Below, one piece after another: positions 11,901 through 25,900 of a DNA stretch of 64,000 nt. How positions within the stretch are numbered: the first letter of the stretch is position 1; the number at the start of each line of letters is the position of its first letter. The position numbers and the translations under genes were made by a program. The notes under the pieces were generated by a model. That model did not search any database and was not told the origin of the DNA. It was given only the letters and a program-made list of their open reading frames with translations. Origin of the DNA: Botryllus schlosseri (taxonomy: Eukaryota); contig CM119371.1 in the NCBI GenBank assembly GCA_051294905.1, forward strand, positions 5,396,001-5,460,000, in the 5' to 3' direction.

Positions 11901-12989
11901 AGTAATGTATTCTAAAATCTGACCGAATAAGTAACTGTTGTGATCTTGTATCATTAGCATTATATTGCTTTCATTTCCAATCAAATCACAAATCTATTCA
12001 ACCCACCTTGGACAAATGCTCGGACATGTTGTTGCGGAAATACGCGAGCAAGATTACTTTCTTGGTTAGCGTGATCGCGTATTGTTGAAGTGTGTAGTGA
12101 GATTCTATCGTGTCTCTCTGCAATTACATGCAATTGCTCGTCGTTGGTGTACATAAATATTCGCGGGCTATCGTTGTAAAGTACACCGTTGTTGTTGTTG
12201 TCACATCTTAGGTAACCTGAAATTGGAATCAAATCTATCAAAATTTTGCAGTTATTTGAACGACTGCCATAGCAAGGAAAATATCGGAATTTTATTTGAA
12301 TCAATGAATATTTTTCAGCTATTTCAAGGCCAGCTATAGTTAAATATACCCGTCCCCTTGTTTTCACAACGATAGTATAATTCAAGTAGGCCTACTTTTG
12401 TTTCTAATTGAGTAGAATTTACAGCGCTATTTCTACTTCTATTTCAGTAGTCAAGAAGGCTACTTTATTCACTTGCGTATTTATCAAATTAGATTGTAAT
12501 CTCATATCAGTACTGATTGCATATCCAGACACAGCGACGATACCAAGATTTCCATGCCGATTCCAGCTTCATCCGTCATATCCACTCATTTGCTGATCCA
12601 AAGCACCGGTACAGCAGCTGGCTCTTCTGCCTCAACTGTCGGATCAAATATGGCTTTCAAATACAGAAATTGCCCACTAAGTCAGTGCTAACAATCATTT
12701 TGGTGGAGTGTACCTTTTATGCGAATACAAACAATGTAATGACGGTTCTAGATCTAGTATTTGGTTTTTTTTTTTATAATCTATCATATTTCATAACGCA
12801 TTGTGATAATGCTGTGGGCTGACAACGACTTCACAGAAATGTCATTTCCACTAATGAGGGTACTGCGTAGCTTTGCCCTGCATGTTTCTTATGCTGCGAT
12901 ACGGCCAATCGAGGTTTACAGCCTCCCACAGTTGAAAATATTATTGATCATATAATTTTCATTGATAAATTTGCTGCTAGTGTCGTGAT

Positions 12990-13340
12990 ACCTTCATTAA
13001 AAACTTACACCTTAAGTTGTCGGAAGCGTTGTGCGTTGATATTACATTAGCCATCACGTGTCTTTGTGGAAATGGATTTTCGGCAGTCGTTCCTATCAAA
13101 TCGAAGACACGGATTTTCAAGACAATATATATAACAGTTAAATTCGCTTCGAAATAATAAAAGTCTACATTTGGTGTGATATTATTTTCAAGAAAAGTCA
13201 TTTTGTTGCTGTTTATCGCTAGTCTACAATTAATATTTGCACAAGACAGATGACGGTTGTGCGATAATTGAGCTAAATTTGAACGAAAACTTGAGGGGGT
13301 TGGCAGGGGTCCGCGAAGACAAAAAGGTTGAGAACCACTG
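12990..13340 (-). mobile_element. Truncated hAT MITE, same family as 32087-33539
   Basis: Reverse complement begins CAGTGGTTCTCAACCTTTTTGTCTTCGCGGACCCC and follows 32087-32480; second TIR not seen. Confidence 0.7.
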
Positions 13341-16094
13341 AGGTACAGTGTTAGTGGAAATGACATATATCAAGTCGTGATCAAGCCACGCATTGTCACA
13401 TAGTGGAACTAAATCGGTATGGTTGAAAAATACAAAATTATTTAAGGTGGTGTAGAAATGGTGTTATATTATTTGTGGTCGCATATTTGAACTTTCCACA
13501 ATTTTCAAAACGTAATGCCGTCACAAGAGGTAATACTCAAATAATCAACCTAAAGCCGAATACTAGGATCAGGATAGAATCAGTCAGGTACTCGATTTAG
13601 CCCAGAATTACATTCAAGAACCGTGCGACCTTTTACATTTAAGATCCTTGCGACTACCTTTTATAAAGATCCCTTATCAATGGTGCTATTGGTGCATCAA
13701 CTCACAAAACACAACCCAGCGACTAGGTGTCCACTTCGAAACTATGTGCATTCTTGCTGAGAACTTCCGGGTCATTAATAGTCGGGACTGCCGCCGAGAG
13801 TATTCATTGTGTGACTGTCACAGTCGACCTTGGTAGTTTGACCAAAATCTTCAAACTTCACCTCATTATTGTTTAGGAAGTCTGTCAGCTGTCAATCAAA
13901 TTTTCAACATCAAGTTACAAAAGTATACAAAGTTGTACAAACTACCCATCCAGTTGAATGATGGCGAACTAAAGTAACTGCTGCTTTTTTTAGTAGTTCT
14001 AGTTCAAGTTGTGCATTTCAATAAAAATGTAGTTGCCGAACAACTAGAAAATGCGTATCATCTTGATGCCTGTGTTCTGTTATGTGATGATCTTGCAGAC
14101 ATTGGTAACTCAGAGTCATCACTACCAAAAGACAGTGATATAAGAAGGGAGGCTTTGGGGGGCCGAAACTCCATTTCGAAACCCAAAACCCCGACTGTTT
14201 AAATGCCGATTTATCTCCAATAATGCTTAGCTCATTTGTTATTCATAAATTAAATTATCCGTTATTACTTGGCTATATTTTGGTTAGTTAGTTGCGGATT
14301 TTTAACGTTCGTTGGTTCTAGTCTTAGTTACTAGTTTTGAAAACTGATCAGTTCTAATTGTAGTCGGACATATTAGAAATCAAGCAGTTTGCACTGACTG
14401 GAACCACCGCAAACAATATTACCTGGGTGGCTATCTCGGTGAATGATCTTACAATCGTGGAAATAAACGACTCCAAGCAGAATCTGTTGCATGCAAGAGT
14501 GAGTCTCTGCTTCTGTGATGACGCGCCTTCTTTTGTTAAGATCCACCAGCCACTGTCACTGAAAATCAAAGCTAATCGGATTGATAGAATGAAATCAATA
14601 GCAGTATTTGTTAGGTACATATAAATCAGTGGTTCTCGGCCGTTTTGAGCTCAGGGGACAGATAAAAATTCAACAACAAATTTTGCAGATCGGTGAACCT
14701 TCCAAGTTAAGAACTTCATATCACGCTGTGCAAAATTGATGTCGAAATGATCGAAATGATTGATACTGAACCGAGTATGAGGCTTCGAGTCAAGTCAAGT
14801 ATTCTAGTAAAACTCATTATGTCATGATAACAGCGTGAATGATGTATAAAGTTCAAATAAGGACCTTTCATGCAACCACAAGAGTGCAATCGATGTTTTG
14901 CATCACAATAAAGATTATTTGGCATTTTGTGTATCGCACCTATTTCATTGCACTTTTTGACAATGCTGTGTGCTGATCAATACTAAACAGATATGTGATT
15001 TCCAGTAACCTGTGCAGCTTTGTACTACATGTTTCGTATGCTTCGTACGTCCAATTCGGCTTTACAGTTTTCCAGTGAGAAATATGGTCCAAACCATAAT
15101 TCTCGTCGGTAAAACAACTCTCCTTTAAATTCAGCTAGGTTTATTAGTAATGAATTTGACTCATGTGGCACAGAGTCTATCATTTCAGTGATTAAACAAA
15201 TTTCATGGCTCACACCTTGGCTCGAATCATTAGAATTGATACAAAAACCTTGTCTTGGAAGAACCAGTAAAATCCAACGATGTGCTTGTGATTCAAACTG
15301 CGATATTGATGATCTCTTGAGATATATTGTCTTTCTGGTGATCATACGCGAGCATTTGCTTATAATTCAGATAGCGGTACTAGTGTTAGTTGCAGATTTT
15401 GAAGAGTAGTTCTAGTTATATTCATTCTTTTAAAAGAACTTTAGTTGCTGATCGACTAGAAAACAAATGTCTTCATTTGGTGTGAGTCCTGATACCGGTG
15501 TTCTTGCAGCCAGCTCAGAGTCATCACTACTACGCTTTCACCCGGACATGAGAAGAATTGAGTTACTAAAACTGATCAAAAATGGTCATTCTACTTCAGC
15601 AGTTCCATATGCGGCCCCTTGTGGAATGTGTTTAGAACTAAGACTAGAGATGAATTGTAGAATCGGAATATATTACCACTACATGAATGTCAGTAGGTGG
15701 TTTATTTTTAATAAGTCATAATGATAGCCTGACCGATGATATCGTTTGGCTAGGAATATCGAGTCTATATTAGAGTTTGAACTATATCAGCCATGAGAGG
15801 TAAAAATATCGGCCATTTTGTGACGTCACGACATGGTAGCATGGAAAACTATTATTTGCGATTGCTACATTGGGAATATTCACCTATTTCTCGTAACTTA
15901 CAAGTGGTCACGTTGGTACTTGAGTATTGAAGTAGAAGTAACATTGTAAATGTCTACTCGAGCATACGCAGAATTAGCGATTTTAAAGTAGGTACGGTAA
16001 TAAAGCAAGTATTCTAGACCTAAATAGCTGGTTCGTGGTACAGAACTTGAATATAGCTTTCAATACAACATCCATTGTAGCAGTATATTTATTA

Positions 16095-16131
16095 AACTCG
16101 AAGACTTTTCGGGTGCCTCTTTTCAAGAGTT
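16095..16131 (-). ncRNA. Candidate minimal type I hammerhead ribozyme (U3-A8 variant) in PLE 3' end
   Basis: AACTC-TTGAAAA-GAGGCACCC-GAAA-AGTCT-TC-GAGTT on the sense strand of the element. Confidence 0.55.
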
Positions 16132-16331
16132 ATCGGCACACTAAAGGGATTTAAACAGATTTAAAAGCAAAACCAAAAAGGCAAAGTATGACGCAACAAT
16201 CAAAATCACAGACCATGAAATTCGCATCGTATCAATGGCAACAATAACAAACTATGAAGTATACGGACATACGGTACTATAGTAGCAGCACAATTTGTAA
16301 ATAAACAATTACACGCACGGAACAACACGCA

Positions 16332-17858
16332 CTAATGAGAAATTTGTAGGTTATAGAGGAAATCTTTCTGTCTGCATAAAATAGGTTTGCTCAACTGGAT
16401 AATAGTAGACTCCAACACTTTTAAATGAAACACAGACCTACCACGCGCAATGACAGTGAACATATTGTCATCATAGTGCTGTGCACAGGCAAGGTTTTCG
16501 CTCAGATGCTGACCGATTGACGAAGCATATGCTTGGTAATCATCATAGCAGTCTGTTTTTGCAGCCAATTTGCACTGACGTGTGAGCTCCGTGCGATCAT
16601 TTGCGCATGTTTTTGACCGAATCAATTTTGGGATATGCTGCTTAATACGCTCAAACAATCTTTGAGATGTACGTCCTACATACCTACTATCACAGTGGCA
16701 CTTGTATTGGTAAACAACATTACTTGCATCAAAGGCAGGAAGTACATCTTTTCGAGAGTTGGGTAACAAGGGTTTCGTCGTGTACACTACATGCGTGTTA
16801 ACGCTGTAGTAGCAACGGTGAACAGCCGATTTAATAAGCTTTTCAAATCGGCTAGACACGTTACCTAGCCAAGGTAGGTGTAAAAATGCCGGGCATTTTT
16901 CTGGGCCATACTTTGGAGCTGTATCCGATTTTTTCAATACCCTAGAGATGGAGCATTTTAATATGTGGTCCGGATAGCCATTTTTGGAGAGAATCAAGTG
17001 GATATCATCCAATTCGCGTGACAGTTTTTCCGGTGAGCAGAGGCGCAAGGCGCGATTAACGAGAGATGAAATGAGGTTTAATTTACGCCGCTTCGGGCAG
17101 AATGAATCCCAACGAATATAATGACCAGTGAAAGTAGGTTTTCTGTACGCCGACGTTAAAAACGTTTGTCCTGATCTCTCTACTAAGACGTCTAAAAAGG
17201 GAAGGGCAGCATCAGTTTCCTTTTCCACGGTAAATTGTAGAGCTGGATGGAGACAATTCAATTTTTCGAAGAAATTATTACACTCTCGCTCATTTTTAAA
17301 GGCAACAAAGGTGTCATCGACATATCTAAAATAGAGGAGAGGTTTTGCGACGTTTTCAAACAATTTCTTTTCATGGTATCCCACGAATATATCGGCCAGA
17401 CTAGGTCCCAACGGTGAACCCATCGAAATACCATTGCATTGACGGAACATCGTGTCATTAAAGCTGAATTCAACGCTACTAGTAGCAGTTTGCAACAATT
17501 CAAGAAATATTTCACGCGGTAGTTTCGGAGGTTCGAGCGTGCCATCATAAAGCGCGTCTGCGCAGATTTCGAAAGTTTCCGACAATGGTACGTTAGTAAA
17601 AAGACTTTTCACATCAAATGAGCTAAGAAATACATTGGACGGATTTAATTTGGCGCGTTTTAATTCGTCTACAAACGTGAACGAGTCGCGAACGCAGTGG
17701 TGCGTATACAAGGATCGAACTGGCTCAATGACGGTGTTAAGCCATTTGGCTAAATTATGCTGTGCCGATCCACACATAGACAATATGGGGCGAAGAGGTA
17801 CGTTATCTTTATGTGTTTTCGGTAAACCGTACATACGCGGCCGTTGTGATCCCGTTGG
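16332..17858 (-). CDS. Penelope RT-GIY-YIG polyprotein (N-terminally truncated, frame open)
   Basis: MYGLPKTHK, PLRPILS, SFDVKSLFTNVP, GISMGSPLGP, YFRYVDDTF, LPFLDVLV; GIY-YIG VVYQYKCHCDSRYVGRTSQRLFERIKQH. The first 19 aa or so of the predicted ORF come from the inverted segment. Confidence 0.93.
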   Translation of the reverse strand, partial: PTGSQRPRMYGLPKTHKDNVPLRPILSMCGSAQHNLAKWLNTVIEPVRSLYTHHCVRDSFTFVDELKRAKLNPSNVFLSSFDVKSLFTNVPLSETFEICADALYDGTLEPPKLPREIFLELLQTATSSVEFSFNDTMFRQCNGISMGSPLGPSLADIFVGYHEKKLFENVAKPLLYFRYVDDTFVAFKNERECNNFFEKLNCLHPALQFTVEKETDAALPFLDVLVERSGQTFLTSAYRKPTFTGHYIRWDSFCPKRRKLNLISSLVNRALRLCSPEKLSRELDDIHLILSKNGYPDHILKCSISRVLKKSDTAPKYGPEKCPAFLHLPWLGNVSSRFEKLIKSAVHRCYYSVNTHVVYTTKPLLPNSRKDVLPAFDASNVVYQYKCHCDSRYVGRTSQRLFERIKQHIPKLIRSKTCANDRTELTRQCKLAAKTDCYDDYQAYASSIGQHLSENLACAQHYDDNMFTVIARGRSVFHLKVLESTIIQLSKPILCRQKDFLYNLQISH

Positions 17859-18365
17859 GCATATCCCAAAATTGATTCGGTCAAAAACATGCGCAAATGA
17901 TCGCACGGAGCTCACACGTCAGTGCAAATTGGCTGCAAAAACAGACTGCTATGATGATTACCAAGCATATGCTTCGTCAATCGGTCAGCATCTGAGCTAA
18001 AACCTTGCCTGTGCACAGCACTATGATGACAATATGTTCACTGTCATTGCGCGTGGTAGGTCTGTGTTTCATTTAAAAGTGTTGGAGTCTACTATTATCC
18101 AGTTGAGCAAACCTATTTTATGCAGACAGAAAGATTTCCTCTATAACCTACAAATTTCTCATTAGTGCGTGTTGTTCCGTGCGTGTAATTGTTTATTTAC
18201 AAATTGTGCTGCTACTATAGTACCGTATGTCCGTATACTTCATAGTTTGTTATTGTTGCCATTGATACGATGCGAATTTCATGGTCTGTGATTTTGATTG
18301 TTGCGTCATACTTTGCCTTTTTGGTTTTGCTTTTAAATCTGTTTAAATCCCTTTAGTGTGCCGAT

Positions 18366-18402
18366 AACTCTTGAAAAGAGGCACCCGAAAAGTCTTCGAG
18401 TT
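18366..18402 (+). ncRNA. Second copy of candidate hammerhead in the inverted pLTR
   Basis: Exact inverted copy of 16095-16131. Confidence 0.55.
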
Positions 18403-21025
18403 TAATAAATATACTGCTACAATGGATGTTGTATTGAAAGCTATATTCTAGACCTGGTTTTGCCGAAAAACAGAACTGTTACATAGGAGGTACACAAGTC
18501 GTATAAAAACATTTGAGAGACATGAGTATTAGTGCAAGTATACGGCAAAACCTACTTGAGTATTCTGAAAAAATGAGGTAGGCTACTATTGTAACTGACT
18601 GCATCTTCATACAAGTTTCCAGATGCAGTCTTTCTTGTTTATTTCTTGCCCAAACATAGCAACGACCACAAAGTCGTTCAAATCAATGCTCTGAAGGTTT
18701 GGAAATGTGCCTTAAGCTAGTTGCCATATTGTTTCAATATAGGCTAAATATATTGGGCTTATCGGTGAAAGTGCTATTTATCGATGTTGGCTCAAAATAC
18801 GATATCAGTCGGACTTTAGCTATCATGATTCAGACTCAAGCACGCGACTCGAAACGTAATACTCGATTCAGAGTCGAATCAAACACGAAGTCTAATTTGG
18901 TAAGAGCTAGAAAGAAATCTTACCGTTCAAACACTATAGAGGTCGGCTTCATTGTAGTTGTCTTTTCAACAACCTGGGCGCCATGGTCAAGCAGGTTGTG
19001 GGCAGTTTCTGTGGAATGAAGCCGTTGAAATACTAGCTCTCCAGCACTTTCTTTACAGAGGGTCGTTGAAAGCGTTCGCATGGCAACATTCTAGTGAAAA
19101 TCACAAATATCAACAAAATTACAGATACTAACTCATATTTTTATGAGATTGTTTGGGAATCAAGATTTGTGGATTTAAAACCATAATATCAATCAAGATT
19201 TGAATTTGAAATAGTAAATTATTTCCGATAGGAAGAGATTAAAGTATCAGGATAAACCTAAATAAGATTACGATTGGGATCACAGCTGCCAATTTTTTTT
19301 TATCCATAATAGAGTAGAATTAGAATTATAGCAACACAGTTTTTTTCCAAATCAAGATATTACAATGATAGCTCCACAGTTTTTCACGAATTAGATTAGA
19401 TTTGAATTTGAGTTGAGGCTAAACAGTTCTAATTCAAATAAGAGTAAAATGATAGCGACACAGATTTTCCAAAATTAGATTAGAATTAGAATTACTGAAT
19501 TGACAAAACTTGCACATTGAATGAAGTTAAGTTCATATAAAATTAGAGCTCATTCTCATCAGCACAAGAATGGCAAATGTCTGTACATTGAGCTTGGTTA
19601 GTTTCGCAACATAGTTTTCTTGTAGCAATTTCAGGAAGTCCAGAAATTATATTATTGAGAACATAAAACATTGGACACATTAGATTAGAATTAGGTTACA
19701 GGCATTCGCTTGATTAGTTTTATTAGACAATTACACTACAATTATTACCTTGATATCTCTGTCACTCTGTGAATGATCTTACAATCGTAAAGATAACGAC
19801 GTTAATCAGAATCTGTCGCAGGCAATAACGAGTCCCTGCTTCTGCGATGAAGCGTCTTTTTTTGTAAACTTCCATAACCGACTGAAAAAATAAAACAAAG
19901 CTATTCGGATTGACAGGATGAAAACAAAATTATTTGTTGGGAACATCAAAATCAGCGGTTCTCAATCTTTTTGACATGGCGGGCCTGTGAAACCCAACAA
20001 CAATTCTTTTGAACCGATAAACCTTCCTAATTCAAAATTTTATTTCATAGTGCCATTTTGATATCTGACTTGTTATACGTGGGGCTATCGAAAATCGAGT
20101 ACCTGGATAATTTGGAATTGAATCAAGTATTAGGCTTCGAGTCGAGTGTTTGAGTATGACTTGTTATGATGCCATACCAGCATTGATGATATGGAAAGTT
20201 TAAGTAAGTAGACAACCTTTTATGCAACTACAACCAATATAATGCCAGTCCTACATCGCATTAAAGACGATTTGTATCCCTTTTACCAAACCTATTTCAT
20301 TGCACTTCGTGACAGTGCTGTGGGTCTATCACGACTTCCCAGATATGTCAATTCCATTATTGTGTGTGTTTGCTTGTATTACGTGTTAAGTATGCTGCAA
20401 TACCACCAATCCAGGTTTGCAGCTTTGCAGAGCAGACAAGAGTATCCTAGCAATCATTTTCATTGGTTAATCAAATCTGACGGTATTAAATCTCTGATTC
20501 GTAAAAGTAGGCGTACATTTAGGAGGAAGTCTATTCAAACTGAAAACAATCGGAGATTACATAAACACCAACCTGCAATTATAGCAGACTTCAATGTTGG
20601 ATTGGTATCGATCAATTTCTTGAGCCGAGCTTCCAATTTTGCCATATAAAAGTTCGATGATTGAATACTGCATCTGATGGTCGCATCTTGCGACGAGGGC
20701 TGGAAAAATTCATTTTCTTTGCAAACGCATAATAGGTTGAAATGTGGATAGGTAGGTTTTATGACCTCCTACAAAGACGTAGTCAATACTCAGCATGGAG
20801 TCAGACAAGAACTCGAATTCTTAGTACTTAACCCGTAATCCAATTGCAAAGATGCTGGATTTTGCCAAGCCTCGCTGATGATAACGTTAGAATTCTCTGC
20901 AATATGCAATAGCTAAGACTGGTCACAATAATTCGAGTCGAGTAATGAGAGATGATTTTTCGAGCCCCGAAATGATGCAATTCTTGATACTCGAGAGAAA
21001 TTATAGTTTCGGCAGCACTACCTAC

Positions 21026-21707
21026 TAGGCTTGTTTAAAAGCAACTTTTTTCAGACCCCGGGGATTCAATGATCGAATGGTTAGGTTGCCTAAAAAAGAA
21101 GGCTGCACACCAAATTTGACTCAATTACAACTCAGTCAAAGTCACGGCAGAGCCAATCAAATTTTTGGAATTTATTTAAAACAAAAGTTTTTTTTTTTAA
21201 ATTTAATTGTCAACCCCATGAAATTGTTATGTTGTCTACAAGAACGACGCAAATAAATTTGATGCAATTTCAAATCATAGAAGCGAAGTTATTTGAGTTT
21301 TTTTCAATCAATAATTCTGGGATCACTCACCATGAATGCTATTTTTGCAAATCCAAAATTTTCAACTGCAACAACTTCACTTCTACCGGTTGGGAGTCAG
21401 CAAAATTGTTATGCATCGTTCTTTTCGGCAACATGACAAGTTCATGGGATTACCAGCAAAAATTGAAACATTTTTTTCATTGTTTTGAACCCGAATATTT
21501 TTGGCTGAAATGTATATTGAAGTTTCGTACCTCCAAGAAGCACTTCCAATTATTTTTTTGAATGATTTAAAAAAACTCAATTGGCTCCACCGCGGCATTG
21601 GCTGGTTGAAATTGAGCCAAATTTGGTGTGTAGTCTTTTTAGGCAACCTAACAATTTAATCGATAAATCCCTGGAATCCGGAAAAAAACGTAATTTTGAA
21701 CAACCCT
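21026..21707. mobile_element. TAGG-ended MITE (mirror copy at about 46419-47107; related partial copy from about 31219)
   Basis: Ends TAGGCTTGTTTAAA / TTTGAACAACCCTA with internal inverted subterminal blocks; same position in both arms of the duplication. Confidence 0.7.
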
Positions 21708-22493
21708 ATTGTCCACTGTGGAAGCCTTGACATGTCGATTGGTCGTATCAGAGCATGCAAATTTATGCAAGCTAATGGAAATGACATTTCGGTGAAGATG
21801 TGATCAACACACAGCATTGTCATGAAATGCAATGAAATAGGTGTGTTATGACATCATATTGAGTGATACTCGAAAACTCATCTCAAATTTCAAATGCGGG
21901 ATTCAGATTCAAATCACTCAGCTGCTCGAATTTTCCAGTTCCACCACTGAGACCCACAGGAGTCTATTTTAATACATTTCCACATGAATGTTCTTATATA
22001 CTCACCAAACACAGCCCAACGACCAGGTCTCCGCATTGTAACTGTGTCCATTCTTTCCGAGAACTTCCGAGGCAATATAGTTGGGGGTGTCACGAAAAGG
22101 ATTTTTTGTTTGGCCGTCAAAGTCGACTTTGGTAGCCAGGATGAAATCTAGCCGAATTCTTCAAACTTCACCTCCATTTGTTCAGGAATAGATTCCAAGC
22201 TGCCAATACAAATTTCATATTCAATTACACGGGTATACAAACTTGTACAAACTACCAGTCCAGGTAGTTGATGGTCAACAAACTACTGCCATTTTGAGGA
22301 GTTCGGATTTTAGTTGCATAGTAAAAAACTGAAAGCAAGTTGTTCTAGTTGCAGTTGCCGATCTTGAATAGCGAGTGATTCTACTTCAAGTTGTGCATTT
22401 AAAAAATGTAATTGCCGACAACTAGAAAATGCGTTTCATCGTGATACCGTCGTTCTGTTGCACGATATTTTTGCAGCCTTTGCTAGCTCAGAG

Positions 22494-22908
22494 CAGGGTT
22501 GTAACCAAGTCATAAGTCAATCTCACTTTTATAGTTTTGACTCTAGTCGAGTCATTTTTAATTCACCACCGAATCAAGTCAGAGTCCAAATCAGCTATCA
22601 GACATTATGTTTACTGTTCAGTTATCATTCCAATCGGTTTCAAAGCACTTTTCCAACTCTCATTGAGTGATATTGAATGGCTGGCATTTATAGTATTGTT
22701 ATTTTCCTCAGTTTAACAGTTTCTGGTCCTATTTTCAAGTATCAGGTCTGATATACGAAATACCAATGATGTGGTGACTTACTATTCTTCAAAGGTACAG
22801 TGACAGTCCTAGTCTTGAGTCATATGACTCGAGTCCGGTCGAGTCACCAAATAAGTGGGACTTGAGTTTGACTCGAGTCGACTCATGTCTTGAGTCATTG
22901 CAGCCCTG
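22494..22908. mobile_element. hAT-type MITE rich in GACTCGAGTC motifs
   Basis: CAGGGTTGTAA...TTGCAGCCCTG with 8-bp TSD GCTCAGAG; mirrored at 45160-45643. Confidence 0.8.
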
Positions 22909-25900
22909 GCTCAGAGTCATCACGCCAAACACTGGTATAGGCAGGGTTGAGTATTGGGGGTCGAAAGCAATCCCGTTTCAAACTAGAAACCCCGTCAATT
23001 TGAGATGCCAATTCTATCTTCGATATTTCTTAGATCATTTGTAATTTATTAACCAAACAATCATTAATCAGTTGTGTATTTGTTAGTTAGTAGCAGATTT
23101 TCAATTAGGAAAAGTGAGCAATTCTAATTCTTGTGGCGTGTGTTGAAAATCCAGTAGTTTGTCCAAGTCTACTTTAGAGAGATTGTACCGGCATCAATCA
23201 TTTTACGTTGATGGTACATAATGTGCATAGTTTTATACCACAAATTGGCAAAGCAATCATCGGTCGGCTCTGGTTCTGGTTCTGACATGATTTTCGAAGA
23301 TTATTAACGAAAGCACGACTGCATACAATGTTACCTTGCTATCTCCGTGAATGATTAAACGATAAACAACATCCAGCAGAATCTGTTGCGTGAGATGAAG
23401 GGTCTCTGGTTCTGTGATGGCGTATCTCCTTTTGTAAACTGCCATCAGCGACTGACAACAAAAATATAAGGTAATTGAATTGCTGGAATGAGGATAACAA
23501 TACTATTTGGTGGACACACCTAAATCAGTGGTTTTCAACGTTTCTGAGTTCGAGGGACGGTCAAATTTGACAACAGTTTTTGCAGACCAGTGAACCTTCC
23601 AAACTAGAAACTTCATCTAATACTTGCTTTTTGATACTGACCGTGTAATAAATAGGGCTGTCTAAAATACAGTATCTGAGTGATTAGGGTGGATTATGAA
23701 TCGAGTAATGAGTTTGAGTCACTCATGTTAACGTCACAGCAACACCACAATGTAATGTCGATTCTAGTCACATTATAAAGATTATTTGGCATTTTTATGA
23801 CCATAGCTATTCATCGTTCTATGGGACAATGCTTTAGGTTGGTCCCGACTTCGCAGAAATGTCATGTTTCGTATGCTGCGATTCGACCAATCGAGGTTTA
23901 CAGCTTTTCACGGTGAGAAATATTATCGAAAGTATAATTCCCATTGGTTCAGTTCAGCTAATTGTTAATATAATTTCTCCCTTTGGTGGCATGGAGCGTA
24001 TATTGTCAGTACTCGAAACAATCAGTTCTTACCACTCGACTCAAATGATTAGAATTGATACTCGATTCAGATTTGTGTCATCAAATTATTGTGCACAGCG
24101 CAAGTGATCGCAGTTGCATCAGAAAAAAATGACCAAATTACCCAAACTAGATTAGAATTTGTATTATATTGAACAAATTTTTCCAAATTAGATTAGAATC
24201 ACAATTACCTAGTTGGGAAAAGAAATCAAGTTCAGCTCATATCAAATCGGACTTGATTATCATAAGCATGAGAATAGTAAATGACTGTTAACCAATCTTG
24301 ACTTGTTTCACACTGTATATATAGAAATAGTTGACTAATTAGATTAGAATTACATTATAAGCATTTTACCATATTTAGCCAGAGCAATAATGATCTGGTT
24401 GTACAAGTCTGCTAGTCATGAACATTACAGTTCTAATGCAATTTCGACCGGCACAGTTAGAGGTATATTACATTTGTAATGAGGAAATACCTTTACCCTT
24501 CTTTTACACAACTCAAGAACGATACAGACTAAATCCTTGTCTTGGAACAATCTGTGAAATCAAACGACGTGCTTGTGATTCAAATTTCGATGGAGACCGA
24601 TATCTTGACACATTTGACTTTCTCATGCTACTTCAGAAGCAATGCCTGTAATTCAGATACTTACTTAACTTAGTTGCAGATTTTAAAAAGTGAGTAGTTC
24701 TATAGTTCTACTTGTGTATGCAAAAATATTTTAGTTGCCGATAAACTAGAAAACATGTGTATTCGTTTGTCGTGAATCATGATAGCGGATTTTCGTTGAG
24801 TGATGTTCTTGCAGTCGTCTCAGAGTCATCACTACTAATAAGGGTGAAAATGCGGGTCAAAACCTTATTGAGTATTCTGCGAAAGTAGAGGTAGGCTACT
24901 ATTGCTACTGACTGACTCTGCTTGGATGCGTTGAGATGCATCCTTTCTCGTTTATTTCATACCTAAGTATAGCAAAGTTGTTCAAATAAATGCTCTGAAG
25001 GTTTGGAAATATGACTTAAACTAGTTGCCATATTATTTCACTATAGCCTGAATATATCGTGGTTATCATTGAAGGTGCTGCTTGTCCCTATCAGCTCAAA
25101 AATATGATAGCGGTCGGGCTCTAGTGTTGATGAATGAAACTCGAGTACGCGACTTGAAATGTAATACTTGATTCAAAATCGAATTAATCAAGAACTACAT
25201 TTTGCCAAGACATACGAAAAACTTTCAGTTGAAACTCTGTAGTTGGCTTTCCAAAATTCTGGGCGCCATGGTTGAGCCGGTTTTCGGCAGTTTCTGAGGA
25301 ACGTACACGTTGAATGAATGAATGCCCAATGATTATTCATATCACGATTTACCTCAGTTTGCCTCTTTAGTAAACAAGGTTCATGAGTTCGTCGTAGCAG
25401 CTCCAATGTTTCATCAAACAAAACAAGGTAAGGAGCACTGTGGTGCATCGTTGTAGCAGTATGAATTACAAATAATCTGAATGAAAAAAAAATCTTAAGG
25501 AACGAAATTGTTGACAAGATGCAGCGAGTGTATATCAGAAATACACACAGAATTGATCAGATATTCAATAGATTTCAAAGTGAAACAGAATAAAAATAAT
25601 ATTTGTTGCGGCTGACTGTTCATAATCTCACCATCACAAAGGATAGCGATCAATGATATGCTAATCACCTGCATCACAAATCGTACGGGTATCATTTCAC
25701 GTCTACTACCATGAGGAAGTGAAAATGTCGACAAATTGCATGAAATGGATGGCAAGGAGAAACACATATTTACAGAATGGCCACAACATTACAATTTGAA
25801 ACGAAATTGAAAACGATATGCACAGACTGCTAATAAACAGACAATATGACAAAGGATAATGCACACGAAGCTTAAAATTTAGGTGACATAAACTATAGTA

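Larger units (their letters stand above)
16022..18443 (-). mobile_element. Penelope-like element, 5'-truncated, with inverted pseudo-LTR
   Basis: RT plus GIY-YIG ORF; 590-bp inverted repeat 16049-16638 / 17859-18448; 12-bp TSD TATTCTAGACCT at 16010-16021 and 18444-18455; empty site in the paralogous arm near 50265-50292. Confidence 0.95.
10940..25325 (-). pseudogene. PLK1: Polo-like kinase 1 pseudogene, left copy, duplicated exons
   Basis: Minus-strand exon remnants: C-lobe about 25230-25325 and 18924-19090; exon 2 at 24497-24645 and about 15238-15362; HRDIK exon at 23335-23451, 19749-19881, 14423-14551; activation-loop exon at 22006-22199, 13705-13887; EAEEPAAVPVLWISK about 12546-12636; polo-box 1 at 12007-12216; polo-box 2 (DHTK.ILCPLM) about 10940-11091. 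Stops and frameshifts throughout. Confidence 0.88.

Noticed and set aside
17635..18000. 121-aa plus-strand ORF sharing a peptide with the Penelope protein
   Set aside because: Chimera created by the inverted pLTR junction.
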